A stretch of 64,000 bases of DNA from Glaucostegus cemiculus (Eukaryota): the NCBI GenBank assembly GCA_976551045.1, contig CDPCPM010000044.1:5270001-5334000 (forward strand), written 5' to 3'. Below are positions 47,926 to 61,598 of this stretch, piece by piece. Under the pieces are notes generated by a model. It had not been told where the DNA came from and did no database searches. It worked only from the letters and a program-made list of their open reading frames with translations. The translations under genes were made by a program, and so were the position numbers. The first letter of the stretch is position 1; the number at the start of each line of letters is the position of its first letter.

Positions 47926-48779
47926 TGTGAAATGCTCTGAAAAAGGACATGCTTTTTATGTTTTTAATGATGCTCCAAACCAGAATTTTTGCTTCCAAAC
48001 ATTTGCAATGATCACTTGCAGAGTTTCCCAACATTTTAATAACAAATGCAAAAATAGGTTAAATTGCACCCACCTACACCGAGTAAATACAAGTGATAGC
48101 ATCAATAATGGTGACAATTAATTAGTTGCTAATTAGAATTGCAATTCACTGCTTCGAGATTCTCAATTAACTCTTGCTAATGGATTGGACAACATGCAAC
48201 AATTCATTCCCTCGAGTTATTCAGTTGGACCAAGACTGAAGTGTATATTCTCCATCCACACACTTTGGCACTTTGGTTATATAACCTTTAATACACTTGC
48301 CTAACAAAAAAAAAATCAAACCATACAACCCAGCCCTTCACCAGCACCTTGCCAATAAGTGTTCCAGATTTCCACTACACTCTATGTGAAGAAGTGCATT
48401 CTGACATCACTGCTGAGCAGCCTAGTTCAGACTTCACTACTGTATTGTATTCATCCACTAAAGGGAATTAGTTCCTCTTTAACTATCCTATCAGCTCATT
48501 TGATCACTCCTGGGTTCTCTACAATCAGTCTATGGAAAAGACCATTCATAGGCAAAAGGTCTGATGAAAGGTAAATGTTTTCTGTTCACAGATGCTGCCT
48601 GACCTGCTGAGTATTTCTAGCATTTTTTCATATTTTATCTTATAGAGTTGTCCTCATATTTTAACTCTTTCAATCACAGTATTATGTTTGTGAACTTGTA
48701 CTACACCACTTCATCATGAGCTACAACAGTTGGTCTATACAGCCCTGGTTCACATTGTTATTTACTGAAGTCACATCAG

Positions 48780-49675
48780 CTGGCTCAGTTACTAAGATTC
48801 TTGCCTCAAAGGTATAAGATTACGAATTGAAGTTTCAGTCCAAAGATTTGAGGGGAATTGATGGGATTGCTCTGAGAGTTAGGAATGAGACAATGGGCCA
48901 AATGGTCTCCATCTACATCATTAAGAAATATAATAGATCTAGGTTAATGTTCTAGTGTAGTGCCTAAGGGGTGCTGCAATGGTAGACATTCTTGGAAGAG
49001 CCCCTATCTGTATAAGAGATCCCATCGCATTATTTTGAAGAGCAGATGAGTGCCTCCAGTGGAGAAACAGGTGACTGAGTCCCTATCACATTGCTGTTTG
49101 CAACTATTTGCTGGGTGCAGATTGGCTGTTGATTTGAGTAGCAACTATACTTCAAAAGTTCTTCACCACTCCAATTACCGGTAACCACTCCCCTCTGTTT
49201 TCCCTTATCCCACTGGCCCCATCACCCCTTCTCTTTCCTCTCCCCCACCCTCTCAATCTGCCAATCACCCACTTATTCCTCCCTCAGCACCTCCTTCCCT
49301 TTGCTCCACGGTCCACTGTCCTCCCCTATCAGATTCCATCTTCTTCGGCCCTTTGTCACTTCCACTGATTACCTCCAAGCCTCTTACATCATCCCGCCCT
49401 CCCCCTCCATCACCTGCAGATCACCCCCCCCCCCCTCACATGCATCCACCTATCACCTGCCAGCTCTTGCTCCACCTCCTTCCCCCCACCTTTTTATACT
49501 GGCTATTTCCCCTCCTTCTTTCCAGTCCTGATGAAGGGTCTCCACCCAAGAAATCGACTGATCTGCTGAGTTCTTCCAGCATTTTGTGTGTTACTTCAAA
49601 AGTTCTTCATTGACTTTGAAGTGTCATGGAATGTTTAGAGGTCATGCAAGGTGCTATTATCAATGTGGGTCTCTC
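48780..49675 (+). mobile_element. SacSINE1/DeuSINE-like element interrupted by an HE1 tail (about 48855-48930) and a Penelope insert
   Basis: tggctcagtt head; gatcccatcgcattattttgaagagcag and atcacattgctgtttg (Deu domain); tail cttcaaaagttcttcattg..aaggtgctat. Confidence 0.7.
49166..49591 (+). mobile_element. Penelope-like 3' terminus with 18-bp TSD
   Basis: TSD TACTTCAAAAGTTCTTCA at 49148-49165 and 49592-49609; C-rich 3' region; cagtcCTGATGAagggtc..gactg at 49523-49560. Confidence 0.88.
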
Positions 49676-50289
49676 TTGAGCCAGCAGGCTCCCATAATAA
49701 AAAATGAAAGTTTAATTCACAAAGACTTCACAGACTCTTTCACTGGGGGAGTAAGCTTCAGCATCCATCATTGAGAAAGAAACCACCCTTTTTTCCTTCA
49801 CAATTCAAAAAGACTTGCCAGCCTTTACTGGAACTATTTTTATAAATGTGGAATGATCTCATCAGTTCGGTGAGGTAAAACATGTCATTTGCCAAGTTCA
49901 AGTTGAGACATTGACAAAAGAATTACACACCTATGAAAATAGCAGCATCATTTGTTGGTGCAACAAACCTGAGGGAAGCGGAGAGCTTATTAGTTAGGTC
50001 AGACTTGTTACTGCAACAACAGAGAGAAACACAGGACTAAGATTCAGACAACATGCCAAGAGATGGGTTGTCGTTACAGATACTACAATCTAAAATTTAT
50101 GCAGCATAACTCGAACAGAAGCCTAATTTGCCTTCTCGGATAGATGTAGAAGTTTCCACAATATGTTCAAAGAAGAGCAGGTGCATTTCCCTCGCTAGCA
50201 ATTATCCACTGAAGATAAAACAGAGAAGCAGGCTGTTCAGCTGAACTGGTCCCTGTTAACACTTAAAGTTTGCATTGAAATACAACATT

Positions 50290-50410
50290 TTTATGGCCTT
50301 GGGGTTTTCTCAAAAATCCTTACATCAATGAAAATCTTTTATACTCTGGTGATATAGGAAACACAACTTCCAATTTGAGCACAGCAAGCTCCCAGAAACA
50401 GTGATGTGTG
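50290..50410 (-). mobile_element. DeuSINE tail relic
   Basis: taggaaacacaacttccaatttgagcacagcaagctcccagaaacagtgatgtg. Confidence 0.6.
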
Positions 50411-50679
50411 AATTTAATGATAATATGTCTTTCCAATATAGACAGTGGCCAAGATGCTCCAGGTGAAGAAATAATGCTAATTGTATTTATCCATTCCCTA
50501 CACAGCCTGTACCACACACTTTCTAACTACACATCCAAGATAACCTTCCATGGTTTACAGTCTTCTCGTAATTCACTGGGGTGGGGGGGGGGGGGGGCGA
50601 GGGGTCAAGCCAAAGCAAACTGCCACCCCATCTGAGTGCAGGAGTCAGTTCAGACTGTCTCACCAGTCGGGCCTTATGC

Positions 50680-51275
50680 TAAGGAAACTCTGCACGTCCC
50701 CATTGACCCTCACCAATTTTTACGGAAGCTCCATAGAAAGCATCCTATCCAGACACATCACGGCTTGGTATAGCAACTGCTCTGCCTATGACCACAATAA
50801 ACTACAGAGAGTTGTGGACACAGCTTAGTCCATCACAAAAACCAGCCTCCCTCCATGGACTCTGGCTACACTTCTCACTACCTCGGAAAAGCAGCCAATA
50901 TAATCACAGACTCCTCCTACCCCAGACATTCTCTCTACTCACCCCTCCCATCGCGCAGAAGATACAAAAGCGTGAAAGCACGTACCACCAGGCTCAAGGA
51001 CAGCTTCTATCCTGCTGTTATGGCTATTGAACATACCTCTTGTATGATAAGATGGACTCTCAATCTACCTCGTCATGGCCTTGCACCTTATTGTCTGTCT
51101 GCACTGCTCTTTCCCTATAACTAACACTTTATTCTGCTTTGTGTTATTGCTTTTCCCTTGTACTACCTCAATGTACCTCAATGTGGTGAAATGATCTGCA
51201 TGGATGGCATGAAAAACAAAAGTTTTTCACTGTACCTCAGTATGTGTGGCAATAATAAACCAACTACAATTACAT
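50680..51275 (+). mobile_element. Rex1/Babar LINE 3' fragment
   Basis: LTNFYGSSIESILSRHITAWY, ARTTRLKDSFYPAV; tail aataataaaccaactacaattac. Confidence 0.9.
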
Positions 51276-54200
51276 CCTGCTTCTTGACTTCCCAAGCATA
51301 GCAACCTGGCCATCAGCACACAACAGCTGGTTGGCTAAAGGGCTGGACTGTCCTTACCTTTTGCCGGTCACATTCTGCCACAACTTGATGTATATGCATC
51401 TTCCACCTCCACGCTTTGTGGCCAGGAAATACTAAGCGCCCTGGGGGGGGGGGGGGGGGGTCACATGCCGACTCACCAGTAAGTGAAGGAGCAGTCCCTG
51501 GTCGAACTGACCTGGCCCCTCAGCATTTCCATTGATGGCCGGCATATGTAGCCTCGCCCCAATCACTTGAATGGGTTCATCAAGTTTCATTAAAAAGGTA
51601 AGTGAAATAAAAGGAACTAAAAATTTTCATGTATGATTGGTTTTATCCTTGTAGTTATGTCTCATCTTATTAACTTCCTTTCATCTGCTGGAGAAATTAT
51701 AGTGTAAATCACTTGTCCAAATCCGAACTGTTGAGATGCACATTGAACAGAAGTAAAGTTAGAAATGAACACTATCTCGTTTCAAATTCAATTTCCAACC
51801 AATCTAAAAACATGATCCTAACTCCTTCCCACCATTTTCTTCCAGTGTCACTCCTTTCCTGTGACATCTTTTCTTCTGTTGACTACCCACAGCACTATGC
51901 AATGACATGACCTTCTTGCCTCTCATCCTTCCAATACGAGGGAAATGCCCAGATTCTACACTGCCACAGGATTTACACAAGCCTGGGTCTGAACAGATGA
52001 CTACCTTTGCCATGTCTCCAATGTGATTCCATAACACAGTTCCAAGTTGGGCACTATTACAACAACTCAATCAAAATAAGCCTGTCTTCAAACTTCACTT
52101 CCCTTTATATTGACAGATCGTTTAAATGGCAGTCAATGAGATCTGTCTTTGTATCATCAGTGAACCTGTCAAGGTCATCTACTTCAGGCAGCTTTCTTTG
52201 TTCTGCTATTGGCTAAAATACATCTGCATCATGCCCCAAATTCCTTTAATTAAGCCTGACCTGATCAATAATGGAAGCTTCAGGCTTCGGTATTCTTTGA
52301 CTACTTGGACAAATTACTCATGCGTTTTGTCTTTCAGCAGGACAGGAGAGGTCAGATTCTTTAAATGTATAGCTGTTGATTGGCAGGTAGTAAGTAAAAT
52401 TGCTGTCTCCTTGGCAACCAGTCCGTGCATTTACCTCAAAATACAAACTTAACTTTTCAATTTCATTCAATACTCTTGGAATCTTCCAACTCCTGTCAAA
52501 ATAATATTATGAAAAATAATGACAAAATAGTCACCTACCAGTTAATAAGTATTTTAAATACATATGGAAGAATTTCATCTACAGTCACTTTGCAAGTGCA
52601 ATATAAAGCCAGCCATGCATTAAATCTCACTTCTGACATTTGGTTTTATATATATCAATGCAGCTAAACTTCAGAAATGGAGTGCCATGTGCAACTACAT
52701 TGCATGTTCTGTGTAAACAATTGAGGTCAATTTCCACTACTTATTTTTTCAGAAGGGCATTTTCCCTGTGTGTCACAAACAGACGCTCAAATTTGTAGGA
52801 TGTCATTTCCAATCATTCCAGAATATTCCATCAAAGAATAATGAAGTAATACAACAGAAGGCAATGGAGTGCAATTGCCTTGTTCCTATCAAGGGGGAAC
52901 CTAGCCCTACACTGGACATTTCACTGCTCCACTGGGAAGGTGGAACAAGGCAATGAGAGATTATGTAGTTTGAAGAAGATGGCTTTTGTGCTATGGTATA
53001 TTTCTGTGGCAATGGTTCTGCGGCAGATGAGACTGAGGCCTGAGTATGCTTTATGTGATGTTGGCAGTATCATGTAGTTGAGCACTCAATGCTCTTAAAT
53101 ATGTACTTCTTAATCTTGAAGACAGTACAGATGGAAGACTTCAGGCAGGCCACATTGGAAAGTGCAGTTATAAGCAACTTGGGGGTACATTTTCCGGGGA
53201 CAATTACAGAACAAAGTGGGACTGGAATGGATCTGAAACTGCAGCTGGTTAGGAATATCAGGTAGTGCTCAGACATGGCCTTGTCAGTGACAGACTCCAG
53301 GGATGATGAACAGGTCCTGGGAGGTGCTGCATGAAAAGACAGAGGGGAATTTACATAAAAGAGTGATTCTAAAGTGAGGAGGTAGGGAGCTGAGATGGGA
53401 ATGGAAATTACTGAATGCCACCCAATGCAAGGGCAGCAAGGGAGAGATTATGTCTTTGGCAGAAACTTGGGGAGCTAATGACAATAAAAGCTTTAAGGAA
53501 CGCCCGGCAATTTATGATAATGTGAGGTAGTTGAAGAAAGATAAGTTGCTTGTGGAGTGGAGGGGGGGGGGAGAAATTTGAATGTAACATTTAATGTTTC
53601 ACACCAGTCTTGTAAAAGAAAAAAATATTTTGTAATGTCCTGTGTCCAGTTTTCCATTGGCATTCCAGAACAAGTGCTCTTCAGTTTCTGCACTATCTTA
53701 GTTAATTAACAGACCTTTAACTTTCATCATTAAGCACCAGGCTTGAATGAGAGGGCGTGGTTACATGAATGAGTACCTGCATGAGTGAGAAGTCTTCAGT
53801 GTAAATCATCTCACTTGCATCCAACTATAATGATGTTCATGATTAGTATTGCTGCCTTAGCCAACTTTTACTAAATCTATACTGAGGCTTGATAAATCAT
53901 GTCAGAAATCCAGACAGGCACCAACAACAGAACTCGAGCTTATTAGAAATATTTTTTTTGAAAGCAGAACATAAAGCTCCAATTGTACTTTCTGAAAAGT
54001 AAGGAAATAAAGTAGCCACTTTAAACCACTTGAGATACTGCTGGAAAGCTTTAAAACCACAACCCGACTTCACTTAATCCTATTCTATAGAGCTTCAAGC
54101 ATCAGTGCAAAGATGAAAAGGAATACCATAGCAACAAGTTATACCTTTCTACATTCTCCTTATTGAGCCAAAAACACTGCTCTTATCCCCAAATGAAAGT

Positions 54201-55380
54201 GTTTACAAAAATTCATTTTAGATCATAATGGTCTAACACAGGATAGTCTTTCTTTTATAAGTCTAACAAAGCCCCTTTCCTTCTTCTCTAACCTTCCAGT
54301 TGATTAACCCTTCCAAATGGTAAAACCCTGGGCAGAAGCAGAAATACTAATGGTTTAAACTCAGCATCTGTTTAGACTTTGTTGGGTTAAAGGGTTTGGG
54401 GGCACCCTGTGTGGTTGGGCTCATCTGTGTTTGGCAGATCCAAAAATCATTCTGAAACAGATGGCTGGCTTTGGAAATGGAATCATCTTATTGGCACCTG
54501 ACTGCAACAATAACCATGTTTAATATTGTTGCAACTTTTACTAAATCCACACCACCAGGCAAACAATTTACACTGCAAACAATCCTGTCCCGAGACAATG
54601 CAAAAGTTGCACATTGACCAGCACTTTCAGGACAGGGTGAAATGTCAATACTTTATTGGCCATAACTGAACAAAGAAGCTGATAGGGTATCATGTAGGAA
54701 AGGTGACAGTAGGGAAACAAGAATTCAGACCTCACTCAATTCCCCCTGTGTAAAAAAAAGCAAAAAAAAAGAAATTGGCTGATGTGAACTCAAAAGCTAT
54801 ACAGATCAAGTTGGAATATTTATTGGGATGGAGTTGAATGCAGCCCATTAGTAAACCAGCAGGGAATGAAGACCTTTACTGCCTTTCCCCACTTTGCAAC
54901 ATATGTTAAATGATCAACCATTAGTTACAGACCATAAACCTGCAAGGAATTCAGAATCCTTCCACACACATTGCAGCAATCAGAGAGCTTGGATATACAT
55001 TCATTTTTTCCAAAGACAGGCAGAACATTCTTAAGCTCCCTCTTCCTCCAGGAGTCTGCCACTGGAACCCTCTTCCCCACGCACCCCCAATAAGATGAAG
55101 AAGGTGAAGTCGCACCAAATATCTTCCATTTCTTCATGCTCCTGGATTGCCTCACAAGGGGCATGATTTCCATCCACCTCTTATTAGCAAGTAACACCCA
55201 AGTGGCAGAGGTACGGTTGGTGACTCTCTGAGGTCAAGTTCCCATTCATGAGCTCAGTTGGGATCCCAGCACATCCTCAAGATCAGCCTCGAGTTGAAGT
55301 GGGCCCAAGTGGTGAAATGCAAGCCAAAAAGTCAGAGCAGCTGGCCATAGAAACCTCAGCTAAATTTGTGTCCTCTCATT

Positions 55381-55541
55381 CAAAAAAACAAATTGGAGGT
55401 ACTCAGCGGACTGCTTGATGAAAGGCCTCGACCTGAAACATCAACTGTCCATTTCCCTCCACAGATGCTGCCTGGCCTGCTGACTTCCTCCAGTTTGCTT
55501 TTGGCTCTAGATTCCAGCATCTGTAGTCCCTTGTGTCTCCA
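55381..55541. mobile_element. Short Penelope-derived inverted element with 13-bp TSD
   Basis: TTGTGTCCTCTCA at 55366-55378 and 55542-55554; tTGATGA-aaggcctcgacct-GAAAC; short inverted arm tggaggtactcagc. Confidence 0.82.
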
Positions 55542-55577
55542 TTGTGTCCTCTCACTGTTCGGAGAGCTCATATTTCC

Positions 55578-56125
55578 TTATGACACAGAAAGAGGCCATT
55601 CAACCCATGGAATCCATGCTGGTGCTCAGAGCATACCCATCAATCCTATTTCTCCACCACTCATCCTCCATGCCCATCGACGTCCCTCTGATTCTCCTAC
55701 AACTCACCTTCCCAGAGGACAATTTACAGTAATCTTTGTCTTTATTTGTCACATGTACATCGAAACACACAGTGAAATGTATCTTTTTGCGTAGTGTTCT
55801 GGGGGCAGCCCACAAGTGTCGCCATGCTTCTGGCGCCAACATAGCATGCCCACAACTTCCTAACCTGTCCGTCTTTGGAATATGGGAGGAAACCAGAGCA
55901 CCTGGAGGAAACCTGGAGAATACAGGGAGAATGTACCAGACAGTGGCCGGAATTGAACCTGGGTTACTGGTGCTGTAAAGAGTTATGCTAACCACTACCA
56001 ATTAACCAGTCACTACCAGTCATTGGGAAAAACTGCAAGTTCCACACAGGAAACACCCAATGTCAAAATCAAACCCAGGACACTGGAGCTGTGATGCAGC
56101 ATCAATACCTACTGCACCAGCACTC
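55578..56125 (-). mobile_element. HE1-type V-SINE with a nested Rex1-tailed V-SINE (about 55733-55998)
   Basis: Host ggacaatttacagta | ccaattaacc is split by the second SINE family. Confidence 0.8.
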
Positions 56126-56309
56126 TGCGCTGAGCTGGAGGGAACATGATTGGGTGGGGGTTAAGGAGGGAATAGTGGTGGATTGAAACATTCCTCAGGG
56201 GCGGGCAGGTGTCATTGCAGGGTATTCAACCACTGGCCTTGGGCAGTTTAGAGACTTCTCCAGAGTTTTCTTGGCCCCCAACGGTGCAGCAGTGCCTGTG
56301 CAAGGAATC

Positions 56310-57085
56310 CCTATTCCTCCAATGTCGACCTTAATGACGAGATCCAACATAGTCTTAAATGCTCTGGAACAGCTTTTGGACATCTCCAAACAAGAGTCTT
56401 TCATGATTGTGACATCCAAACAGACAATAAAATGTTAGTGTACAAAGCAGTGGTGATCCCAACGCTCCTGTAGGCATCAGACACCTGGACAACAAATCGA
56501 CAACATCTGAAGGCACTTGAAAAGTTCCATCAATGCTGTCTTCAAAACATCTTAATTATCAGCTGGGAAGATAGAAGAACCAATGCCAGTGTGCTAAATG
56601 AAGCAAAAACAACAAGCATTGAAGCCTACATTATCAAGAACCAATTAAGATGGAGCAGCCATGTTGTTCGGATGAAAGATGAATGTCTGCCGAAACAAAT
56701 CTTCTACTCCCAGGCAAATGTAAGAGAGGCAGACAACAGAAGTGATTCAAAGACGTCTTAAAAGCCAACACGAAGAAATGTAACATCAACATCAACAATT
56801 GGGAAACCAATGCCAAGGACAGGAAACTCTGGCAAACCACCATCTGAGAAGGAACAGCAACTTTCAAAGCCAACAGATGTGCAGAATTTGAGGAAAAGAA
56901 AAGAAAATGGAAAGAGAGGCAGCAACAACCAAAGCCATATCTGCCATCTGAAACTACCTGCCCTGAATGCAGAAGAACTTTCAGAGCCAAGATTGGGCTC
57001 ATAAGCCACTTGAGAGCCCATAAATAGATCAATGGAGCAAAGACCATCATCCTCGACCTCGAGGAATAGCCACAACAATGACAAC
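56310..57085 (+). mobile_element. RTE-clade LINE 3' fragment
   Basis: VYKAVVIPTLL.ASDTW, LEKFHQCCLQNILIISWEDRRTN, QLRWSSHVVRM..LPKQIFY, IGLISHLRAH. Confidence 0.9.
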
Positions 57086-57759
57086 TCCTGGCTCCACTCT
57101 CTTGGCATTGTCTGCTTTGCAAAGGGTGAGAAGAGCCTCTCTCCCTTACAGGAGAGAATGGGGAGTCTCAGAAACAACAGCGGCTCAGTGTTGTTTCAAC
57201 CAAATGCATTTCAGCCCCAATATTTCAGTGGAAGTTATTCAATTGGACTGGAAAACAAAATCATTTTACTCAATCTATTTTAGTATTGAGGGCCAGGAAT
57301 GGGGAAATAGGCACTGCATTTTCCACAGTGAGTGATATTTCTTTAGGCAATGTGACATCTTGTTTAATTTTATTAAGCATGGAGTTTGTGTTGCTTCTGT
57401 TGCATCCCTTACAAAAAAAAAATCCAAATTTCTGAGTCTCAGGCAAAACTATTCATAACTATTACTGTAAGAGGGGTGGAACCAGAAGTCATAATAACAG
57501 TGTGGCATTCACAAACAATGGCAATTTCCTACACTGTTCTCATGACTCATTACTGATCTTTCTGTGGTTACCATCTGTCGGGCGATGCCCATAAAATTAG
57601 ACAATGACTGCAGCAAGAGATTACTGGACAAGCATAAAAAACAGTCTGGAAGTCCTGACCAGAAATGTGAAAAAATGTTCGAGGGGCTTGTTAATATCAG
57701 GAGCAATCACAGAAAATTTATGACACAAGCAGTGACTCAGTGTGTCCCTGCCAATTGAA

Positions 57760-58150
57760 AGAACATTCCTCCAGCCCAATCCCATAGTGAGGCCCGTTCT
57801 GTAGCCCTGCAAACCACAGCTCCCCAAATACATATCCAGCCGCTATTTAAATATCAGAGGGTTTGCACCTCTGCCACCCTTTCAGGCAGTGAAGTTCCAG
57901 ATCCCAGCTACTGTCTGTGTTAAAGATACTCCCTCATCTCCTAACTTATCCTTTTACCAATTACTTTAAATCTATGCCAGGAATAAAAGGCCCTTCCTAT
58001 TCACTCAATAGAGTTCCATCTTAATATCAGTAGGAACTTTCACCTCAAGTAAATTTCCTCTTGGCCTCCTCCAGAGAAAACCATCTGACCTTATCCAAAC
58101 TTTCCTAATGTTTAAAATTTTCCAGACCTGGCAACATTTTTTTTTTGGAA
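57760..58150 (-). mobile_element. Old CR1 3' fragment
   Basis: cctctgccaccctttcaggcagtgaagttccagatccca..ccagacctggcaacat. Confidence 0.6.
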
Positions 58151-58202
58151 ATCTCCTCTGCGTCCTCCCTATCTGCAAAATTAACTGCAGCAACTTTCCA
58201 AG

Positions 58203-58515
58203 GCATCTCCCAAACCTGCATCTCCCAAACCTGCATCTCATCAGCATCTCCCAAACCTGCGGCCAGGAAAGACAAAGCAGTAGGTGCCTGAAAACACCAC
58301 CACCTTAAAGATCCTCTCATGTCGCATACTATCCCAACAGATTCATATTGCCTTTCTGTTGTTGTTGGGTCAAATCCCAGAAACATCAAGACTATAACAT
58401 TGGAGAAGTCCCTTCACCACCAGGGCCGCTGAGATTTAAGGCAGCAGCCCAGCACCAATTCTCCACAGGTATTTAAGGATTGACAACAGATGCTGCCCTT
58501 GTCACTGACACCAAA
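58203..58515 (+). mobile_element. Unclassified old LINE 3' relic beginning with a 15-bp tandem repeat (GCATCTCCCAAACCT x3, 58203-58258)
   Basis: Repeat seen directly; LINE identity inferred from resemblance to a chondrichthyan LINE 3' end (aacaccaccacct..tgggtcaaatcc..gatgctgcccttgtca). Confidence 0.45.
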
Positions 58516-59997
58516 ATGCAACATTGAATAGAAAGTATACACATTCAGGTAGTAAGCCATATTTGACAGAATTACCTTTTGATCCATCTCCCAGGCAGGA
58601 AGTTTGAACAATAAAGACAAAATAAATTCAAAAGCTAACATTCTTTTATTACTCTGTCATTTATTTTGAAAAGGATTACAGATTTCTGGCATTAAGCTTA
58701 AAGCAGAAAATCCAACCACTGATTCCCACTGAGGTTCACAGGCTACTCTTACAGGCATGACATCACGAGGACTGAGATTAAGTTTGTCCCTTGTAACTCA
58801 ATGCCAACATTTATTATCTCATATTTATATCAAGGCAATGTTAGTGTATCAGAAGTAACCAGAAGCATATGAACCACCTCCTGTTACAAGTGGTATGACA
58901 CTGAAACCTGATGTATGCGTCCCTTTTGTAAGAAAGAAAGTAGATCATTGTGACAAATTCCACTTAGAGGTTGCTGCAAATATTTTCAAATAAAAATACA
59001 ATTTATCTCTTTGAGAACATTCTCAGGATTTTTACATCAAATTGAATTCAGCTGTTATCCATGTTTAAAAAGTCTCATTGCCAATTATGTTGCATATTGT
59101 TCATTAATCATGACATGTACAGGCCAGCATCTGATACTCCCACCAGTGCATATTTCTGAGTAGCAGACACTAAAGGCACTTGAACCAGTGGCTGACAGCA
59201 ACTTCATTTGATCTTTGCACAAATGGCCAGATCAGAGGATGGATTCTCACCAGACTGATAGATTTTCAGATAAGCTACACTCCTGAAATGATCTACTTAA
59301 AAATTTCAACAGGAACTTCCACTGCACTTTTTGCACTTAGATTGGATAAAATAGTGCCTTTCTCTAGGCACTTGACTTTTTTGATTTTTAATAACAATGA
59401 CATACCTGCACAACCAATTTGCTGATCATCTAATTCCAGAGGCTTTTATTTACAACCTCCATAAAGTATATATGTTATCAATGATAATGTTCCTTTAAAA
59501 TGGCTTCAGATGCTGTCCTCAACCATTAACTTTACAAACAAGATTCCTTGTACAGCTTAGTGTTTCGACAAGTTACTTCCACATCACGCACTTTAGATAA
59601 GGAAAGATCTCATTTCCAAGTCATTATTCCACAGACTCCAGAAATGCATGTGCTGAATCAGTTTCATTTTATTAAATGGAGAATGATGTTACCATTCATA
59701 ACGAGGCTTCTTGTGCATTGTAAACCAAAGGCTTCCCAGCCCAAGTATGAAATTTAATCTTGCCTGTGTGGTATACATGGATGAACATTAATAGGCAAGC
59801 ATATTAAGAGCTGCAGAGCTGGTCTAGGTATGTTGAAGCGCAAATAATCTATAATCTAACAGAATGGTAGAACAATCTCAAGTGGATGAATGACCCACTT
59901 ATTTTCTCTTTTTTTTCCCCACATCCACCTATGGATAAAGTTGCATTTTCCATTTATCTTGTTTGTGATTTCATTCCTGTACTTCCTCGTTTTTACT

Positions 59998-60722
59998 GGA
60001 AAACATGGACCACTTTGCACGTCTTGGGAGCCCAATGCTTGGCGAAGGCAGACATCGATGATGAAATCCACTACCACCTTCAATGTGCCGGCACAGCCGT
60101 AGGTTAATAGAAGAAAGGGGTGGCTCAAGATCAAAATCTCAGGCCTGCCTGGCATGAAACTCATGGTTTCCTCAGTAACAGTGATCCCTGCCCTCCTACA
60201 TGCTTCCAAAACCTCCATTACCCCCAGTGGGCATGCAAGGCACTGGAGAGGACACCAACACTGTCTCTGCAAAACCCTTTAAATTCACTGGAAGGATAAG
60301 CCAACCAACGTGAGTAACCTCTCCCAGGTCAACATCCCCAGCAGTGAGGCCCAAGTTACCCACAATCAGCTACCTCAGACAGGCTACATGTTCACACACC
60401 TGACTTCAGTCTCTCTGAACAGACACTCTACACAGAGTTCTATCACGGCAGGAGATTACCAGGTAAACAGAAGAAAAGACTCAGGGATGTGTTCAAAGCT
60501 TCCTTGAAAAAGTGCAACAATCCTACTGACTCCTGAGAGCCTCTGGCCTATGACCAAAGTGGTGAAGAAGCATGCGAGATTGTATCAAGAACCTCAAGAC
60601 CATGCATTGAGAGCACACCACCTCACAAACTGCTCAGCCACTTGTCCCATCAGCCACCTTCTGCCCCATCTGTGGAAGAGTCTACCGTCCCCATATTTGC
60701 TCAGTAGCCATCTCAGACTCCC
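59998..60722 (+). mobile_element. RTE-clade LINE 3' fragment, degenerate
   Basis: KADIDDEIHYHLQCAGTAVG; VIPALLHAS; SHLR-type end. Confidence 0.8.
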
Positions 60723-61547
60723 CAAAATGCACATTTTGGATCATGAAACTAAAGATAAAATATATTTATGTGCATATATTTTGTGAAGTTGTTTAATACG
60801 TAATTGCTTATTCAAAATGTATCCTGCAAAGCTAATATGCAAATACTTAGATTCAACCATATCGAAGTTACAGTCCAGAATCAACCGTTGTGTCCAATTA
60901 GCTCATGCTGTTGATTCTATCCATTAGTGGAAGAATTCTCTAATCATCCACCCTGACCAACTCATCCATGATTTAATGTCTTCTACCAAATCTTGAAGTT
61001 TCTACGATAAACTCTGGATCTAACTTGGTCATACTTTCCCAATAATTGTAATCTCTCTGTTCTGGTATTGACATTTTCTTCATTTCTTTTCCATCTCTTT
61101 ATAGTTTGGAGACCAAACTGTTCCAGGGATAGATTTTATGAAGCTTTTGCTTATTTAAAACTAACATTCACTCCTATTTCAGAAAGCTATTGTATGATTA
61201 AGTGTATTTTTACATAGATAGATTCTGAGGTACAATGTACATTCACTCATTTTGTGAGAGATTTCCATGCCCTATTTGTTGGGTCAGTTTGACCCTGGAA
61301 AGCTTGCTGGCTTTGGGGCTAATGAATTGCCATGTTAGGCCACTTGTACTGAGAAAGATTCTGGAAAGGAAGCTGTGACAATGTTCTGAACCAGCCATTC
61401 TGGAGGTGGAGGTGATGAAATACAGGGGAAGTATCTTGCGTGCTGATGGTAATATTCATTGAGGTTTACTCTAACTGTCAAAAATCCAAGATCTAAGCAC
61501 ACTCACTACCATTTTGTTAAGAATCTTATTACTAAAACTTTCTTTCA

Positions 61548-61598
61548 TAATACACACAAAGTGCTGGAGGAACTCAGCAGGTCAGGCAGCATCTATGC
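61548..61598 (-). mobile_element. Penelope-like terminal fragment
   Basis: acacacaaagtgctggaggaactcagcaggtcaggcagcatctatg. Confidence 0.75.

Noticed and set aside
50583-51460. Poly-G runs (15 G at 50583-50597, 18 G at 51443-51460) as functional G-quadruplexes
   Set aside because: Simple homopolymers with error-prone length; nothing else supports function.
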